Virus record (IMG/VR): IMGVR_UViG_3300005265_000018 | Strand: one strand, 5' to 3' | From: an uncultured virus (IMG/VR IMGVR_UViG_3300005265_000018) | Taxonomy: Duplodnaviria > Heunggongvirae > Uroviricota > Caudoviricetes | Length of the DNA stretch: 64,000 nucleotides | In this document: positions 37,689 to 48,367 of the stretch, piece by piece | Numbering within the stretch: the first letter of the stretch is position 1 | How the letters are laid out: the number at the start of each line of letters is the position of its first letter | Notes under the pieces: model-generated | Seen by the model: only the letters and a program-made list of their open reading frames with translations | Databases searched by the model: none | What the model was told of the DNA's origin: nothing | Made by a program: the position numbers and the translations under genes

Positions 37689-39050
37689 ATGAAACCATTA
37701 CCAAAACTACGACCAGTGCCAATTATTCTAACCACTTATAATCGTTTGCATTTTCTTAAAAAAACAGTAGAAGAAATTCGTAAACGGACACGTTGGCCAT
37801 ATTATCTCTTTGTGGTGTCAAACCATTGTACTGATGGCACTAAGGAATATTTAAAACATGCTAAAGTGGTAGGTGATATTTTTGATTATTTATATTTAGA
37901 TGAAAATCTAGGACAATCAAAATCTTTAAATGAGGGTTTTTTTTATATGGAGAGTTGGCAGGAAAGACGACCAATGTCAGATGAATTTGTGGTTACTAAT
38001 GAAGATATAATTCCACCCGATTTAAAACCATGTTGGTTGGAGCGATTACTACATACTTTTCATAAATTTGAACCAGATGGTTATGGGGCGTTGGCAATGA
38101 GAATTCAAAGGACATCCAGGGTTGATATTGATGAGGAAAGAGATATAATTGACGGTCATAAAAGTTGTCCTTCGGTTTATACCATTGCCCGTAGGAATGA
38201 TGTTAGACGGCTTGGTGGCGAGCCTTATGGATTTTTACGTCATTGGAATTCACATGTGCGAGCAGATAAATACAAGATGATTTTAAAAAAGAAATTTGGT
38301 TTTTGTACTCATTTATATGCCGACCATATTGGGTTTGCTGTTCACAACAAAGGCTTTAATGTTAAAAATATTGAAGAAGTATTAACTTATTCTGGTCCAG
38401 AAAAAATGAAATTATATCAAGAAAAACCTTATCCCGATATTGATCCAAGAACCAATATTCCCATTAACATAAATCATGGTGTTGATAAACCCGAACACGA
38501 AAAACGTCTTAAATATTGGGGGCAATATACTGATTATAATATTAGGGATATCAAACAAGAAGACCTGCAAAATCCAAATAAAGTTTTTCGTCAAGTTAGA
38601 AAAATAGAACATGCGGAATTAAGAAAATATATTAAGGGTAATATTATCTTGGATCTAGGTTGTGCCAATAAAAAAATAACAGAGGATGCGACAGGGGTAG
38701 ATGTCTACCCATTTTCCAATGTCGATGTAGTCGCTAGGGCAGACGATTTATGGTGGTTGAAAGATGGTGAAGTTGATACTGTACTTTCTAGTCATTTACT
38801 TGAACACTTTGTTGATACTAAAAAGGTTTTAGCCGAATGGTCAAGGGTATTAAAGTCTGGGGGAATTTTAGCTTTTGTTGTACCTAACGGTGAATATAGT
38901 AAAACCATCTTAGACCCCGCCCACAAGGTAGCCTTAACTATATCGATTTTAAGGAGAATTGTTACCCAGATATTACATCATAAATTAATTAAATTGAAAG
39001 CCATTAAAACAAATAAACCTAGTATTATTTGTGTGAGTGAAAAAAAATAA
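37689..39050 (+). CDS. GT2 glycosyltransferase fused to a class I SAM methyltransferase
   Basis: ILTTYNR..CTDGT..NED; C-terminal LDLGC, SHLLEH, RVLKSGG. Confidence 0.85.
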   Translation: MKPLPKLRPVPIILTTYNRLHFLKKTVEEIRKRTRWPYYLFVVSNHCTDGTKEYLKHAKVVGDIFDYLYLDENLGQSKSLNEGFFYMESWQERRPMSDEFVVTNEDIIPPDLKPCWLERLLHTFHKFEPDGYGALAMRIQRTSRVDIDEERDIIDGHKSCPSVYTIARRNDVRRLGGEPYGFLRHWNSHVRADKYKMILKKKFGFCTHLYADHIGFAVHNKGFNVKNIEEVLTYSGPEKMKLYQEKPYPDIDPRTNIPININHGVDKPEHEKRLKYWGQYTDYNIRDIKQEDLQNPNKVFRQVRKIEHAELRKYIKGNIILDLGCANKKITEDATGVDVYPFSNVDVVARADDLWWLKDGEVDTVLSSHLLEHFVDTKKVLAEWSRVLKSGGILAFVVPNGEYSKTILDPAHKVALTISILRRIVTQILHHKLIKLKAIKTNKPSIICVSEKK

Positions 39051-39066
39051 AATCAATTTTAATTAT

Positions 39067-39813
39067 ATGAAACCCATTGACATAATAATGCCCACATGTA
39101 ATCGATTGGCAATTACAAGGGTTACAATTGACGAATTGCACAAAAGGATTAAAACCCCCTTTCGTTTAATAATTGTAGACGATGCGTCAACAGATGGAAC
39201 TCAAGAATATCTACATCAAATGAAAAAGGAAGGTAAGGTAGATGTTTTGAGGATAATAGAAAATTCCAATATTTGTCAAGCATATAATGAAGGACTAAAG
39301 TTTGTGGAATCGGAGTATTTTGTGACTTCGCAAGATGATATTACTGTACCAGATTTAAAGCCATGTATTATTCAACAATTAATTGATTTAATGGAAAGAT
39401 ATCCAGACCATGGGGGGATTGGTTTAAGAATTCAACGTATTCCCAATTTAATGATTAGCAAGGGGAATAAAGACTTAATTCCCTCAAGAAAAACATTAAG
39501 TGCCTATTTCCGTATTAGTAGAAAAAGTGATATGGAAAAATTAGGCGAAAATCCATTTGGTAATCGGCAGTGGGATGACATGGCCTTTGTTAGCCAGGTT
39601 AGAGGTAAATTAGGCATGAAATGTAGTTGGACAAGAAATTTGTGGGCAGATCATTCAAGGGGATTTTGTCGAGATCGTGGATATTTAGTAAAACCAAGAA
39701 AGTGGGGGACAGGTATACATGCACGAAAACATCAGGACTGGATTAATAAACCATATCCCAAAATTAATCCCAAAACTTGCGAGCCCTTGCCGAATCAAAA
39801 AATCTACAAATAA
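39067..39813 (+). CDS. GT2 glycosyltransferase, paralogous to the upstream GT domain
   Basis: IIMPTCNR, IVDDASTDGT, QDD; shared PDLKPC and RIQR motifs. Confidence 0.85.
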   Translation: MKPIDIIMPTCNRLAITRVTIDELHKRIKTPFRLIIVDDASTDGTQEYLHQMKKEGKVDVLRIIENSNICQAYNEGLKFVESEYFVTSQDDITVPDLKPCIIQQLIDLMERYPDHGGIGLRIQRIPNLMISKGNKDLIPSRKTLSAYFRISRKSDMEKLGENPFGNRQWDDMAFVSQVRGKLGMKCSWTRNLWADHSRGFCRDRGYLVKPRKWGTGIHARKHQDWINKPYPKINPKTCEPLPNQKIYK

Positions 39814-39912
39814 TAAATATGTTAAAATATAGGCCATCCAAAACAAAATTTTATAATAGATGGATAATAAAAAATGTATTATCAACATAAGAATTATTAT
39901 AAATGTTAATTT

Positions 39913-40422
39913 ATGATACATCCACAATTGGTAGAAGAAAAAAAGAAGTATAAAGAAACAGCTCCATGGGGGTTGATTATGTACGAAATAGTAATTAATA
40001 CCAAACCCGATTTAATATTAGAAATTGGCACTAGAAATGGCTTTAGTACCCGTATTTTTTTGTCGGCATTGGATTGTAATAAGAAGGGAATTTTACATAG
40101 TGTTGACAAGAAGGATTGTGTTCAACGAGCTAATGTTCCAGACAATTTAAAAAAATATTGGCAATTTCATCAAGCTAATTCTCTTGTTTTTTACAAGCAG
40201 TGGCAAAAAGAAATAGATATTTTATTAATAGATGGAGACCATCGTTATACAATGGCCAAGTCTGATTTTTTGAATTATGAAAAATTTGTTAAACCTGGCG
40301 GTTGGATTTTTATGCACGACACTGTTCAATGGGAGGGAGTTAAAAAATTTTGGCCAGAAATAAAATATCCTAAAGTAAATTTTGACTGGGGAGATGGCAT
40401 GGGTTTAATTAGAAAAATATAA
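39913..40422 (+). CDS. SAM-dependent O-methyltransferase (Methyltransf_24-like)
   Basis: LEIGTRNGFST, IDGDHRY, VKPGGWIFMHD. Confidence 0.85.
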   Translation: MIHPQLVEEKKKYKETAPWGLIMYEIVINTKPDLILEIGTRNGFSTRIFLSALDCNKKGILHSVDKKDCVQRANVPDNLKKYWQFHQANSLVFYKQWQKEIDILLIDGDHRYTMAKSDFLNYEKFVKPGGWIFMHDTVQWEGVKKFWPEIKYPKVNFDWGDGMGLIRKI

Positions 40423-40567
40423 GCAAATATCAAAAAAAATTTTTTAAAGATTATTGGTTTGTTAAAAGATAGAAATTTCAGGGAAGTTCTAGCATCTAAT
40501 TTAATTTTATTAAGGGGCGATTGAAGTATATATTTTATATGTACTCGCTGTTCTAGATATAAATAAA

Positions 40568-41689
40568 ATGTCATTGGAAAAAAAAATACAAGCTATTAAA
40601 AAGGGAAGTTATGCCGGCAGTTCTACTAAGAATGGTAAAATGTATCATGAATTACCCTTTGGCAACCTAACTCAACTTTCCCATCATCGTGGCAACACAA
40701 AAGAAAGAATAAAAAGAATAGTGAAGGGGGTTGATGTTATTGATAAAACAGTTTTGGACTTGGGGTGCAATGTTGGTGGAATTTCTATTGGTATGGCTAT
40801 GGCAGGGGCAAGAAAGGTGGTGGGAATTGATTACGATGATCAAAGTTTAAATGTGGCTAAAACCGTCCTAGAATTATTGCGTTATACTGGGGTGGTAGAA
40901 TATCGTAATTTAGATATAAACCTCACCACGGTGGCAAATTTGCCCAAATTTGACGTAATCCTGTGGCTTTCCCAATGGATGTGGGCAATAAAACAGCATG
41001 GAATGGAATATGCTAAAGAATTGCTTTTTGAGGTTTCTAAAAAATGTGATGTTTTAGTTTTTGAAAGTGCAGCCGATGATGGCAAGGGCAGAATAAAGGG
41101 GGCTACCCAGGATGATATTCAACGATGGTTGGAGGAAAATATTGTTCATGAAATTATTAGACGAGAACCAAGAATTAAGGGGTGGATGTCTCGTGATTTA
41201 TTTTTTTGTTTTAAACCAGTGTCAGTAATAGAGGGTAGAAAGAGAGCAAGAACATCTTGTATTTTACGCAATACCAAAAACACAGTTAGAAAAATATATA
41301 AAAAAGATTTTCTATGGATGCAGGAGAGGGAGATTAAAGCATATACAAGATTGAAATCTTATGCATGGTTTCCCAACATTATAAATAGTGGTGATGGATG
41401 GATTGAAATGCCATATTTGGGCAGGCATAGAAGGATTGATTATAAGCAATATAAGGGGCAAGCCAAATCCATAATTTCTGCTTTAAAAAAGTCTCATATT
41501 CGACACCGTGATATTAAGCATGCCAATTTTTTACGACTAGGAAATAAAATTTCATTGGTAGATTTCGGTTGGTGTTTATTTGATGGAGAAGACAAAAAAA
41601 ATATTCCTTCCAATCCATCGTTACTTGATGAGCAAGATGTCGGAAATGACGAAGAAAGAATTAAAAAAATATTTGGTCTAGAAAATTAA
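40568..41689 (+). CDS. Methyltransferase-kinase fusion (WbdD-like architecture)
   Basis: VLDLGCNVGG in the N-terminal domain; HRDIKHANF and LVDFGW kinase motifs. Confidence 0.8.
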   Translation: MSLEKKIQAIKKGSYAGSSTKNGKMYHELPFGNLTQLSHHRGNTKERIKRIVKGVDVIDKTVLDLGCNVGGISIGMAMAGARKVVGIDYDDQSLNVAKTVLELLRYTGVVEYRNLDINLTTVANLPKFDVILWLSQWMWAIKQHGMEYAKELLFEVSKKCDVLVFESAADDGKGRIKGATQDDIQRWLEENIVHEIIRREPRIKGWMSRDLFFCFKPVSVIEGRKRARTSCILRNTKNTVRKIYKKDFLWMQEREIKAYTRLKSYAWFPNIINSGDGWIEMPYLGRHRRIDYKQYKGQAKSIISALKKSHIRHRDIKHANFLRLGNKISLVDFGWCLFDGEDKKNIPSNPSLLDEQDVGNDEERIKKIFGLEN

Positions 41690-41690
41690 T

Positions 41691-42296
41691 ATGACAAACA
41701 AAAAATATCAAATAATTTATGCCGATCCGCCTTGGGATTATGGTAATTGGTCATCAATTAAAGATGAAAAACTTGCGAGGAAATGCGGAAGAATGACGTA
41801 TCCAACAATGAAATTAGAAGATATTTGTGCTTTACCAGTAAATGAAATAGCGGATAAAGATTGTATTTTATTTATGTGGGCAGTAATGGCAAATCTAGAA
41901 AAAGCATTTGAGGTTATTAAGTCTTGGGGATTTATTTATAAATGTTGTGCATTTGTTTGGGTTAAAACTACCTCTAAGGGTATTTATTCTGGGCTTGGTA
42001 ATTGGACACTTGGTAATGCTGAACTATGTTTATTGGCAACACACAAAACCTTTCCTAAAAGAAAAAAACCAGTTAAACAGATAGTAATGTCTCCTAAAAG
42101 TAAACATAGTAAAAAACCAGACGAAGTAAGAAGAAGAATTGTAGAACTTGTTGGAGATTTACCTCGTATAGAATTATTTGCCCGTAAAGAAAATACATTA
42201 TTCGATGAATTTAAGGGATGGGATGTAATTGGAAATGATATTGATGGAAAAGATATTGGGGAAACCCTTAAAAATATGATTCGCCACCAACAATAG
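41691..42296 (+). CDS. MT-A70 family adenine methyltransferase
   Basis: IYADPPW, LFMW, HSKKP, RIELFAR. Confidence 0.9.
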   Translation: MTNKKYQIIYADPPWDYGNWSSIKDEKLARKCGRMTYPTMKLEDICALPVNEIADKDCILFMWAVMANLEKAFEVIKSWGFIYKCCAFVWVKTTSKGIYSGLGNWTLGNAELCLLATHKTFPKRKKPVKQIVMSPKSKHSKKPDEVRRRIVELVGDLPRIELFARKENTLFDEFKGWDVIGNDIDGKDIGETLKNMIRHQQ

Positions 42297-42365
42297 GATA
42301 ATTTATTGTAAGAAATGTTATATTAAAAGATGTTGGGGTAACAAAATAAGAAATGATATTAAATT

Positions 42366-43013
42366 ATGAAAATTATAATTATTACCGCTGCATGGAGAGC
42401 GAAAAATTTACCGAAAGTAATAGAAGCAATTAATAATCAAATTTATCAGAAATGGCATCACATAATAATCAATGACGGCAATCCTGAAGTGGAAGAGTTT
42501 TTTAAAAGGAATAATTATTTTAAGGATGATAAAAGACGATTGGCAATTTCTTTTTGGCAAAGAACTCATTGGTTTGGTTGTTATGTCCGTAATACGGGAA
42601 TAATGCTTGCCCATGCTTTTCCTAAGAAAAAGAAAGGGGATGAACGGGGGGTAGTTTTTTTCGATGATGATAATATGTGGTATCCCAACTATTTATCCAC
42701 CTTTGTGGAAATGCACGAAAAGCGACCAAATGCCACATTATTGGGCGTGGACATGGAAACAAGGAGTAAAAAAAATCCTAATTACGTAAGCACTCGCCCC
42801 TGCATTATTTCTTCTAATTTATGTGATTTAGGCGGGTTCTTATATAAATTGGAATTATTTGATAAGTATGGTTATTTTATGGCTCGTCCAGAAAAAAAGA
42901 TTACTTTTGATATAGAACTGATATTAAAAATGGCGGAAGGAGAGGGTGAAGATAAAATATATATTAAACATATACCTACTTGGATTTTTTATTATAAAGA
43001 GTATAAAGGATAA
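42366..43013 (+). CDS. GT2 glycosyltransferase
   Basis: IINDG, RNTG, FFDDDN. Confidence 0.8.
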   Translation: MKIIIITAAWRAKNLPKVIEAINNQIYQKWHHIIINDGNPEVEEFFKRNNYFKDDKRRLAISFWQRTHWFGCYVRNTGIMLAHAFPKKKKGDERGVVFFDDDNMWYPNYLSTFVEMHEKRPNATLLGVDMETRSKKNPNYVSTRPCIISSNLCDLGGFLYKLELFDKYGYFMARPEKKITFDIELILKMAEGEGEDKIYIKHIPTWIFYYKEYKG

Positions 43014-43433
43014 TATGCGACATAGAATGGGAATAGCTGGAATGACGGGACTTGGAAATCCCTTACCAGTTATTCTACAAAATAATACTACTAAGAAAAT
43101 TGAGGGTAAATTAAAAAAATTTGTCGATGAAGCTATTAATTTATATTTTAAAAGATGGGATGGTTGTGACTATTCGATTAATGATGAGGAAATATTATTG
43201 GGAGTTGAACCTGCTTATCAATATGATTATTTAAGACTTATTGCTCTTAAAAAGGACAAAAAAAATTCTTATATTAAAAATGGTAGAGCGTGGGGAGATT
43301 GGGGGAGTGAAATTACATTAACGACAAAATTTTATAGCGATTATAAGAATAAATGTAAATTTATTAAATTTATTGATAAGTGGCATAGTGTCTTATATGC
43401 GTAATTTTTTATTATAAAGAGTATAAAGGATAA
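42984..43433 (+). mobile_element. Single-gene insertion (ORF ~43015-43404) bounded by exact 30-bp direct repeats
   Basis: ATTTTTTATTATAAAGAGTATAAAGGATAA at 42984-43013 and 43404-43433. Confidence 0.7.
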
Positions 43434-43744
43434 AATTTATGAATTTAGAAAAATTTCTTAAAACAAGGGATGAGTTAAATGGCAATATCTGTTATACAGT
43501 AAGTTGTAATGATTGCGGATTAGGTGATTTCGATGGTGGCGACTGGAGGGATGTTGAAAACTGGAAATGTCCAAGATGTGGCAGTAAGAATATTGATTTT
43601 TGTGGATGTGAAGTTTAAATTAAAATATAAACAATAATATGATTATTAATGAAGAAAAACTTGGCATTAGTATGTTAAAAATAATAGTAATTTTAATATT
43701 AATAAATTTAATTGTGTGGGGAGTATTATATATAATATAAAGTA

Positions 43745-44575
43745 ATGCGTAATTTTTTAACAGACAAAAAAATAATTGGAGCAATGTTAGTGTCTCGCAG
43801 TGGTGATATTCTTCATTATTCTATTCCAGAATTGCTTAAATGGACAGATTGGATTTTAATCATGTTTGATAATGAAGATAAAAAAACCAGGCAAATCGTA
43901 AAAAAATATCAAAAACAATATCAAGGCAGAATAAGAATTGCTGATAGTGGTTTTCCTAGAATTGCACCAGAAAAAGAAGGTCAGCCTAGCGAATTTTTTA
44001 TACGTTTCAATAGATTGCAGGGTCCTATTAGGGAGTCATTACTTAAAAAAATACAGAATTATATGCGAAAAGGAGAAAAAATAGATATAGTGATATGGTT
44101 GGATGATGATGAAATACTTTTGAATTACGCCACTGAGTTCCTACAATTTTTAATTAATAGGGATGATAAAAAGGCATTAATTATGAGAACTATTACAGTT
44201 TTTGGGGACATGCGAACAATTATGAAAAACGAAAGATCTTCTCATTTGCGGATATTTAAACCTTCCCTTGACCAGTATATCGTACCTTATCGTGGTTTAT
44301 GCCATATTTGGCCCATAACCAAATCAGAGAAGCAAATGTTTCGTTATGGTTATGTCCATTTGGCAACATTAACGCAGGAAAAAAGAGAGTGGCGATTTAA
44401 GAATTGGCGGTTTAATCGTGGTAATAATAATTTAGAATTATATAATAAGTTGCCGTTATGGAAACTTGATAAAGATGCCATTGAATTATCGCCAGAAGAA
44501 TGTCTTTCTGTATTTAAGCGTTTGCCAGATTTAACCATTGGTCAATATTTAAAAGAACATAATTTAGAATTTTAA
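43745..44575 (+). CDS. GT-A fold glycosyltransferase
   Basis: IWLDDDE motif and late YVHL; cluster context. Confidence 0.7.
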   Translation: MRNFLTDKKIIGAMLVSRSGDILHYSIPELLKWTDWILIMFDNEDKKTRQIVKKYQKQYQGRIRIADSGFPRIAPEKEGQPSEFFIRFNRLQGPIRESLLKKIQNYMRKGEKIDIVIWLDDDEILLNYATEFLQFLINRDDKKALIMRTITVFGDMRTIMKNERSSHLRIFKPSLDQYIVPYRGLCHIWPITKSEKQMFRYGYVHLATLTQEKREWRFKNWRFNRGNNNLELYNKLPLWKLDKDAIELSPEECLSVFKRLPDLTIGQYLKEHNLEF

Positions 44576-44580
44576 AATTT

Positions 44581-45105
44581 ATGAATGATTTAACTATTTT
44601 ATTATCAACAGAAATAAAAAGAGCCATGAGACCTTATTGTTTATTGCTTTATACGCTAGTATTTGAGGGCAATATGGAAAATGTATTGGAAATTGGCGTT
44701 AGGTGGGGGCAAAGCACGCAAGTGATATTAGCAACAATGAAAGAAAAGGGAGGGGGATTATTAACATCCATTGATATTAAAAAAAGAGGAAAAAATTTTT
44801 CCGAAGATTTATTTCCTTATTGGCGATTTGTGGTTGGTGATTCTCGTTTTAACAAAACATATCAACAAGTAGCGGATAAAAAATATGATTTACTTTTAAT
44901 TGATGGCAGCCATATCTATGGCGATGTTAAGAGCGATTGGCAAATGTATTCTCCCCTAGTTAAAAAGGGTGGTTATGTTTTATTCCATGATGTTGTTAAT
45001 AATAATTGTGGAGTACCTCAATTTTGGGAAGAAATAAATATAGGACACAAACATACCATTACCTTACCATTCAATAAAGCGGGGATGGGGATAGTTGAAA
45101 TGTAG
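44581..45105 (+). CDS. SAM-dependent O-methyltransferase (Methyltransf_24-like)
   Basis: LEIGVRWGQST, IDGSH, VKKGGYVLFHD. Confidence 0.85.
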   Translation: MNDLTILLSTEIKRAMRPYCLLLYTLVFEGNMENVLEIGVRWGQSTQVILATMKEKGGGLLTSIDIKKRGKNFSEDLFPYWRFVVGDSRFNKTYQQVADKKYDLLLIDGSHIYGDVKSDWQMYSPLVKKGGYVLFHDVVNNNCGVPQFWEEINIGHKHTITLPFNKAGMGIVEM

Positions 45106-45312
45106 AAATATTAAAGATGGTTAACTTATGGTATAATATAAATAAGAATAGTTTTGTTCTTTTTACATAAAAGGAGATTAAAATGAGCTGGATATATACA
45201 GGATTATTTATTGTAGGATTAATCGGATTAATAATTTTATCAGTTTTGGTTAGGGGGTGATAAAATGGAAGAATTTGGTTGGATTGACAAACAAACAAAG
45301 GAGGCGATTAAA

Positions 45313-45642
45313 ATGAAAGTTATTGCAATAGATATGGATTTAACACTTACCAACGAAGAGTGTTGGACAGAGCAAGAGTGTCTGGAGGCAACGCCAAACC
45401 AAAAAGTAATTGACAAGATTAGGGATATTTGTATGACTCATTATATTGTAATTTCAACTGCCAGAAGGGTTGAATTGGCTGCGACCACAATAAAATGGCT
45501 CTATAAATACGATGTGCCTTTTAATGCGATTGACTTTAGAAAAACAGCGGCAGATTTATATGTTGACGATAAGGCGATTACTCCAGAAGAATTTTTAAAA
45601 ACAGATTTTACCAAAGGACTGTATGGCAGGGAATATCCATAA
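45313..45642 (+). CDS. HAD-superfamily phosphatase (capsule-biosynthesis type)
   Basis: IAIDMDLTL, STAR, K..ADLYVDDKA; SD-led ATG at 45313. Confidence 0.8.
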   Translation: MKVIAIDMDLTLTNEECWTEQECLEATPNQKVIDKIRDICMTHYIVISTARRVELAATTIKWLYKYDVPFNAIDFRKTAADLYVDDKAITPEEFLKTDFTKGLYGREYP

Positions 45643-45657
45643 AGGAGGTGATGTCAG

Positions 45658-47414
45658 ATGAGATATCAAGCAGAAGAAATAAAAAGAAAGAAGTCGGATA
45701 AGAAAAAATCCAAACCCATTAAAGAATTTATAGACAAAAATCTGGGTATGGATAAGATTAGGGGCAGACCTATTCGCCTTAACAAACAAAGGCTAATTCC
45801 CAATAATGATAATTATGCGGAATTGATATTGTTTGGTGATGTTCACTTGGGTTATCCTACATCCAATATCAAAAAGGCAAAAAAGACGTTGGAATACGCT
45901 CTTGATAATAAGGCGTATATAATCGCTATGGGAGATATGATGGAATCGGGTTTGACCAATAGTATTGGCAATAGTGTTTATAGGCAGAAGCTCAATCCAC
46001 AGAAACAAATGGAGGCCATAATAGAAATGTTAAAGACCGTAGCGAAAGAGGGGTTGTTAATTGGATACCACGAGGGAAATCATGAGCAAAGAATAACAAA
46101 TTCTACAGGTATAGATATATCCAAAATTATAGCCCGTATTCTAAATATTCCTTATTTGGGATATGCTTGTTGGAGTATATTGTCTGTTGACGGTATTCGG
46201 TATTCGGTATATAGCCAGCACGGGGTATCTGGTGCTTGTGTAGATGGGCACCTAATCGGGTAAACTGCTGGAACACCTTTAGAGCTCATAACACCACAAC
46301 GTAATTGGAAACGATAAGCGTGATGGTTTGAAAAGTTATGGGATTAGGCAATCAGCATCCAAGCTCCTTAAATGGAGAAGGTTCAGAGACTACACGCCCG
46401 ACTATTGTATATTATATTTAGTGTGATATAATAAAAGCATACTAAATAACATAATAAATATGGCTATAAAGTGTAAGTGGTGCAACAAAGAATTTACCCC
46501 AAGAAGTAATATAGGTGGTAAGCAGAAATTTTGTTCTAAAAATTGTAGAGAGGAATACCATAGTTTTATGGATAAAAGAAGTCCACTCTATAATGAAAAA
46601 AGAACAAGGGATATTGTTTTATCTAATCCAAACTTATATGTTAAATGTCAAATTTGTGGGAAATTAGCCAGAAGGAAATTATCAAAGCATGTAAAAACAT
46701 ATCACAAAATGTCTTGGCAGGAATATAAAGATAGATTTCCAGACGCCGAAGATGAGTGTAAAGAAGTAAAAGATTATTCCTATGAGTATGTTAAAAGAAA
46801 GGGAATAGTAACTAAAAGAGACGATATTTTGATTAGTTGGGAGGGAATTAAAAGAAGAAAAATGAAAAAAGTTGGCAATAAATGTGAATTGTGTGGGTTT
46901 AATAAATACAAAGAATCATTAACCGCTCATCATATAATCCCGAAAGAGTATGGCGGAAAAGACGAATACAATAATTGTATAATCGTTTGTGAGAATTGTC
47001 ATAGGCATATACATCGTTTGATATTTGATTTGGTTAAAACTAAAAAATATACAATAGAAGATATAGTCCAAACTTGTGCGAGAGCACAAGAAGTAGGCAG
47101 TAAAAGTCTACGATAATAAAATGCGTTTCAAACACACCAAGTTAAAGGCTATTATGGACCAAGCGGCGTGGATAAATTCGGATATTTTGGCAATGGGTCA
47201 CGTGCACGCGATGTCGGCTGAGCCGATACTGAAACAAAGATTTGACCGTTCCATTAACAAGGTTGTTGAAGAAAAACAGATAGTAGTTTTGACGGGAGCA
47301 TATCTGGAATGGGATAACAGTTACGCTCAAATGAAAGGTTATCCAATCGTTAAAATAGGTTCGCCAAAACTTAAATTGGTAGCCAGTGAAAAAGATATTC
47401 ATATTCGTCTTTAA
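45658..47414 (+). CDS. Calcineurin-like metallophosphoesterase, spliced: join(45658-46236, 47124-47414), 289 aa
   Basis: GDVH, GD, GNHE, HG | GHVH motifs; the junction HGVSGA|RFKHTKL aligns with paralogue HGSSGSKHPHTKL. Confidence 0.88.
46237..47123 (+). mobile_element. Group I intron with an HNH endonuclease ORF
   Basis: P1 GGTGCT/GGCACC; CTGCTGGAA, AATCAGCA, TCAGAGACTA and AAGATATAGTCC; omega-G at 47123. Confidence 0.9.
46460..47116 (+). CDS. Intron-encoded HNH homing endonuclease with Zn fingers
   Basis: CELCG...AHHIIP...GG...N...CENCHRHIH. Confidence 0.9.
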   Translation: MAIKCKWCNKEFTPRSNIGGKQKFCSKNCREEYHSFMDKRSPLYNEKRTRDIVLSNPNLYVKCQICGKLARRKLSKHVKTYHKMSWQEYKDRFPDAEDECKEVKDYSYEYVKRKGIVTKRDDILISWEGIKRRKMKKVGNKCELCGFNKYKESLTAHHIIPKEYGGKDEYNNCIIVCENCHRHIHRLIFDLVKTKKYTIEDIVQTCARAQEVGSKSLR

Positions 47415-47434
47415 GGCGGCAAATCTTATTAAAA

Positions 47435-47462
47435 GGGGGTTGGCTCGCTAACCCCCACTTTT
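47435..47462 (+). terminator. Intrinsic terminator
   Basis: GGGGGTTGG-CTCG-CTAACCCCC then ACTTTT. Confidence 0.65.
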
Positions 47463-47482
47463 CAAAAATTATTAATTTATAT

Positions 47483-47938
47483 ATGGAAAAAAATTTTCAT
47501 TATACCAATGAAGAAATGGTAAAAGATTTAATCGCCATGACACCAATAAGGGGTAGCGTATTAGATGCTGGTAGTGGTAAGAATAAAGTTTGGTATAAAA
47601 ATTTAAAAGGCGAAAAATATGAATGTGAAATAGAAGATGGTTGTGATTTTTTTAAATGGAATAAAAAAGTTGATTGGACTATAGGAAATCCACCCTTTCA
47701 TATTGGCTGGAAATTTACCGAAAAGGCGAGTAAAATATCAAAGAAGGGAATTGCGTTTTTGGGAAATATAAATTTTTTTAATCAATTTACACCTTTAAGA
47801 TTGGAGAAAATGAAAGACAGTGGGTTTGAATTACAAAAAATACATATAGTTGGAGATAAGAGATGGTTTGGTAGATATTACTATCTTATATTTGAAAAGA
47901 AAAGGGGAATACTTACATGGGCACGTAAAAATTATTAA
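47483..47938 (+). CDS. Small N6-adenine DNA methyltransferase-like protein
   Basis: VLDAGSG, IGNPPF. Confidence 0.75.
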   Translation: MEKNFHYTNEEMVKDLIAMTPIRGSVLDAGSGKNKVWYKNLKGEKYECEIEDGCDFFKWNKKVDWTIGNPPFHIGWKFTEKASKISKKGIAFLGNINFFNQFTPLRLEKMKDSGFELQKIHIVGDKRWFGRYYYLIFEKKRGILTWARKNY

Positions 47939-48367
47939 TTTATATAATTTTATGAAACATCAAATCGCAAAATTTAAAATGAATTTTTGGTTATGGTTTG
48001 TAAAAAAACTGCCCAAAAAATTAATTTATTTTGCCGCTATTCATTTAGGGGTAAAAACAACAACTGGAAAATATAGAAAAACAATTGTTCCAGAATTAAC
48101 TTTAATGAATGCCATAAAGAGATTTGGGCAAGATAATAATATTTAATAATAGCACATTTAAAATGGGAGGATTGAAATGAAAAATTGCAAGTCGTGTTTT
48201 TGGTATCGTAAAGGATTTAAAAGGGGGAATTTAATCCAGGTAGATGTTTGTCTGGAACGAAAAAAAATAATAACCGATTTACGGGGTTGCCACAAATGGC
48301 AAGCCGTCCAGATAGGAATGGCTGACAAAAAACTATTAACCCAAACTTTAACACAGGAGGAAATAAA

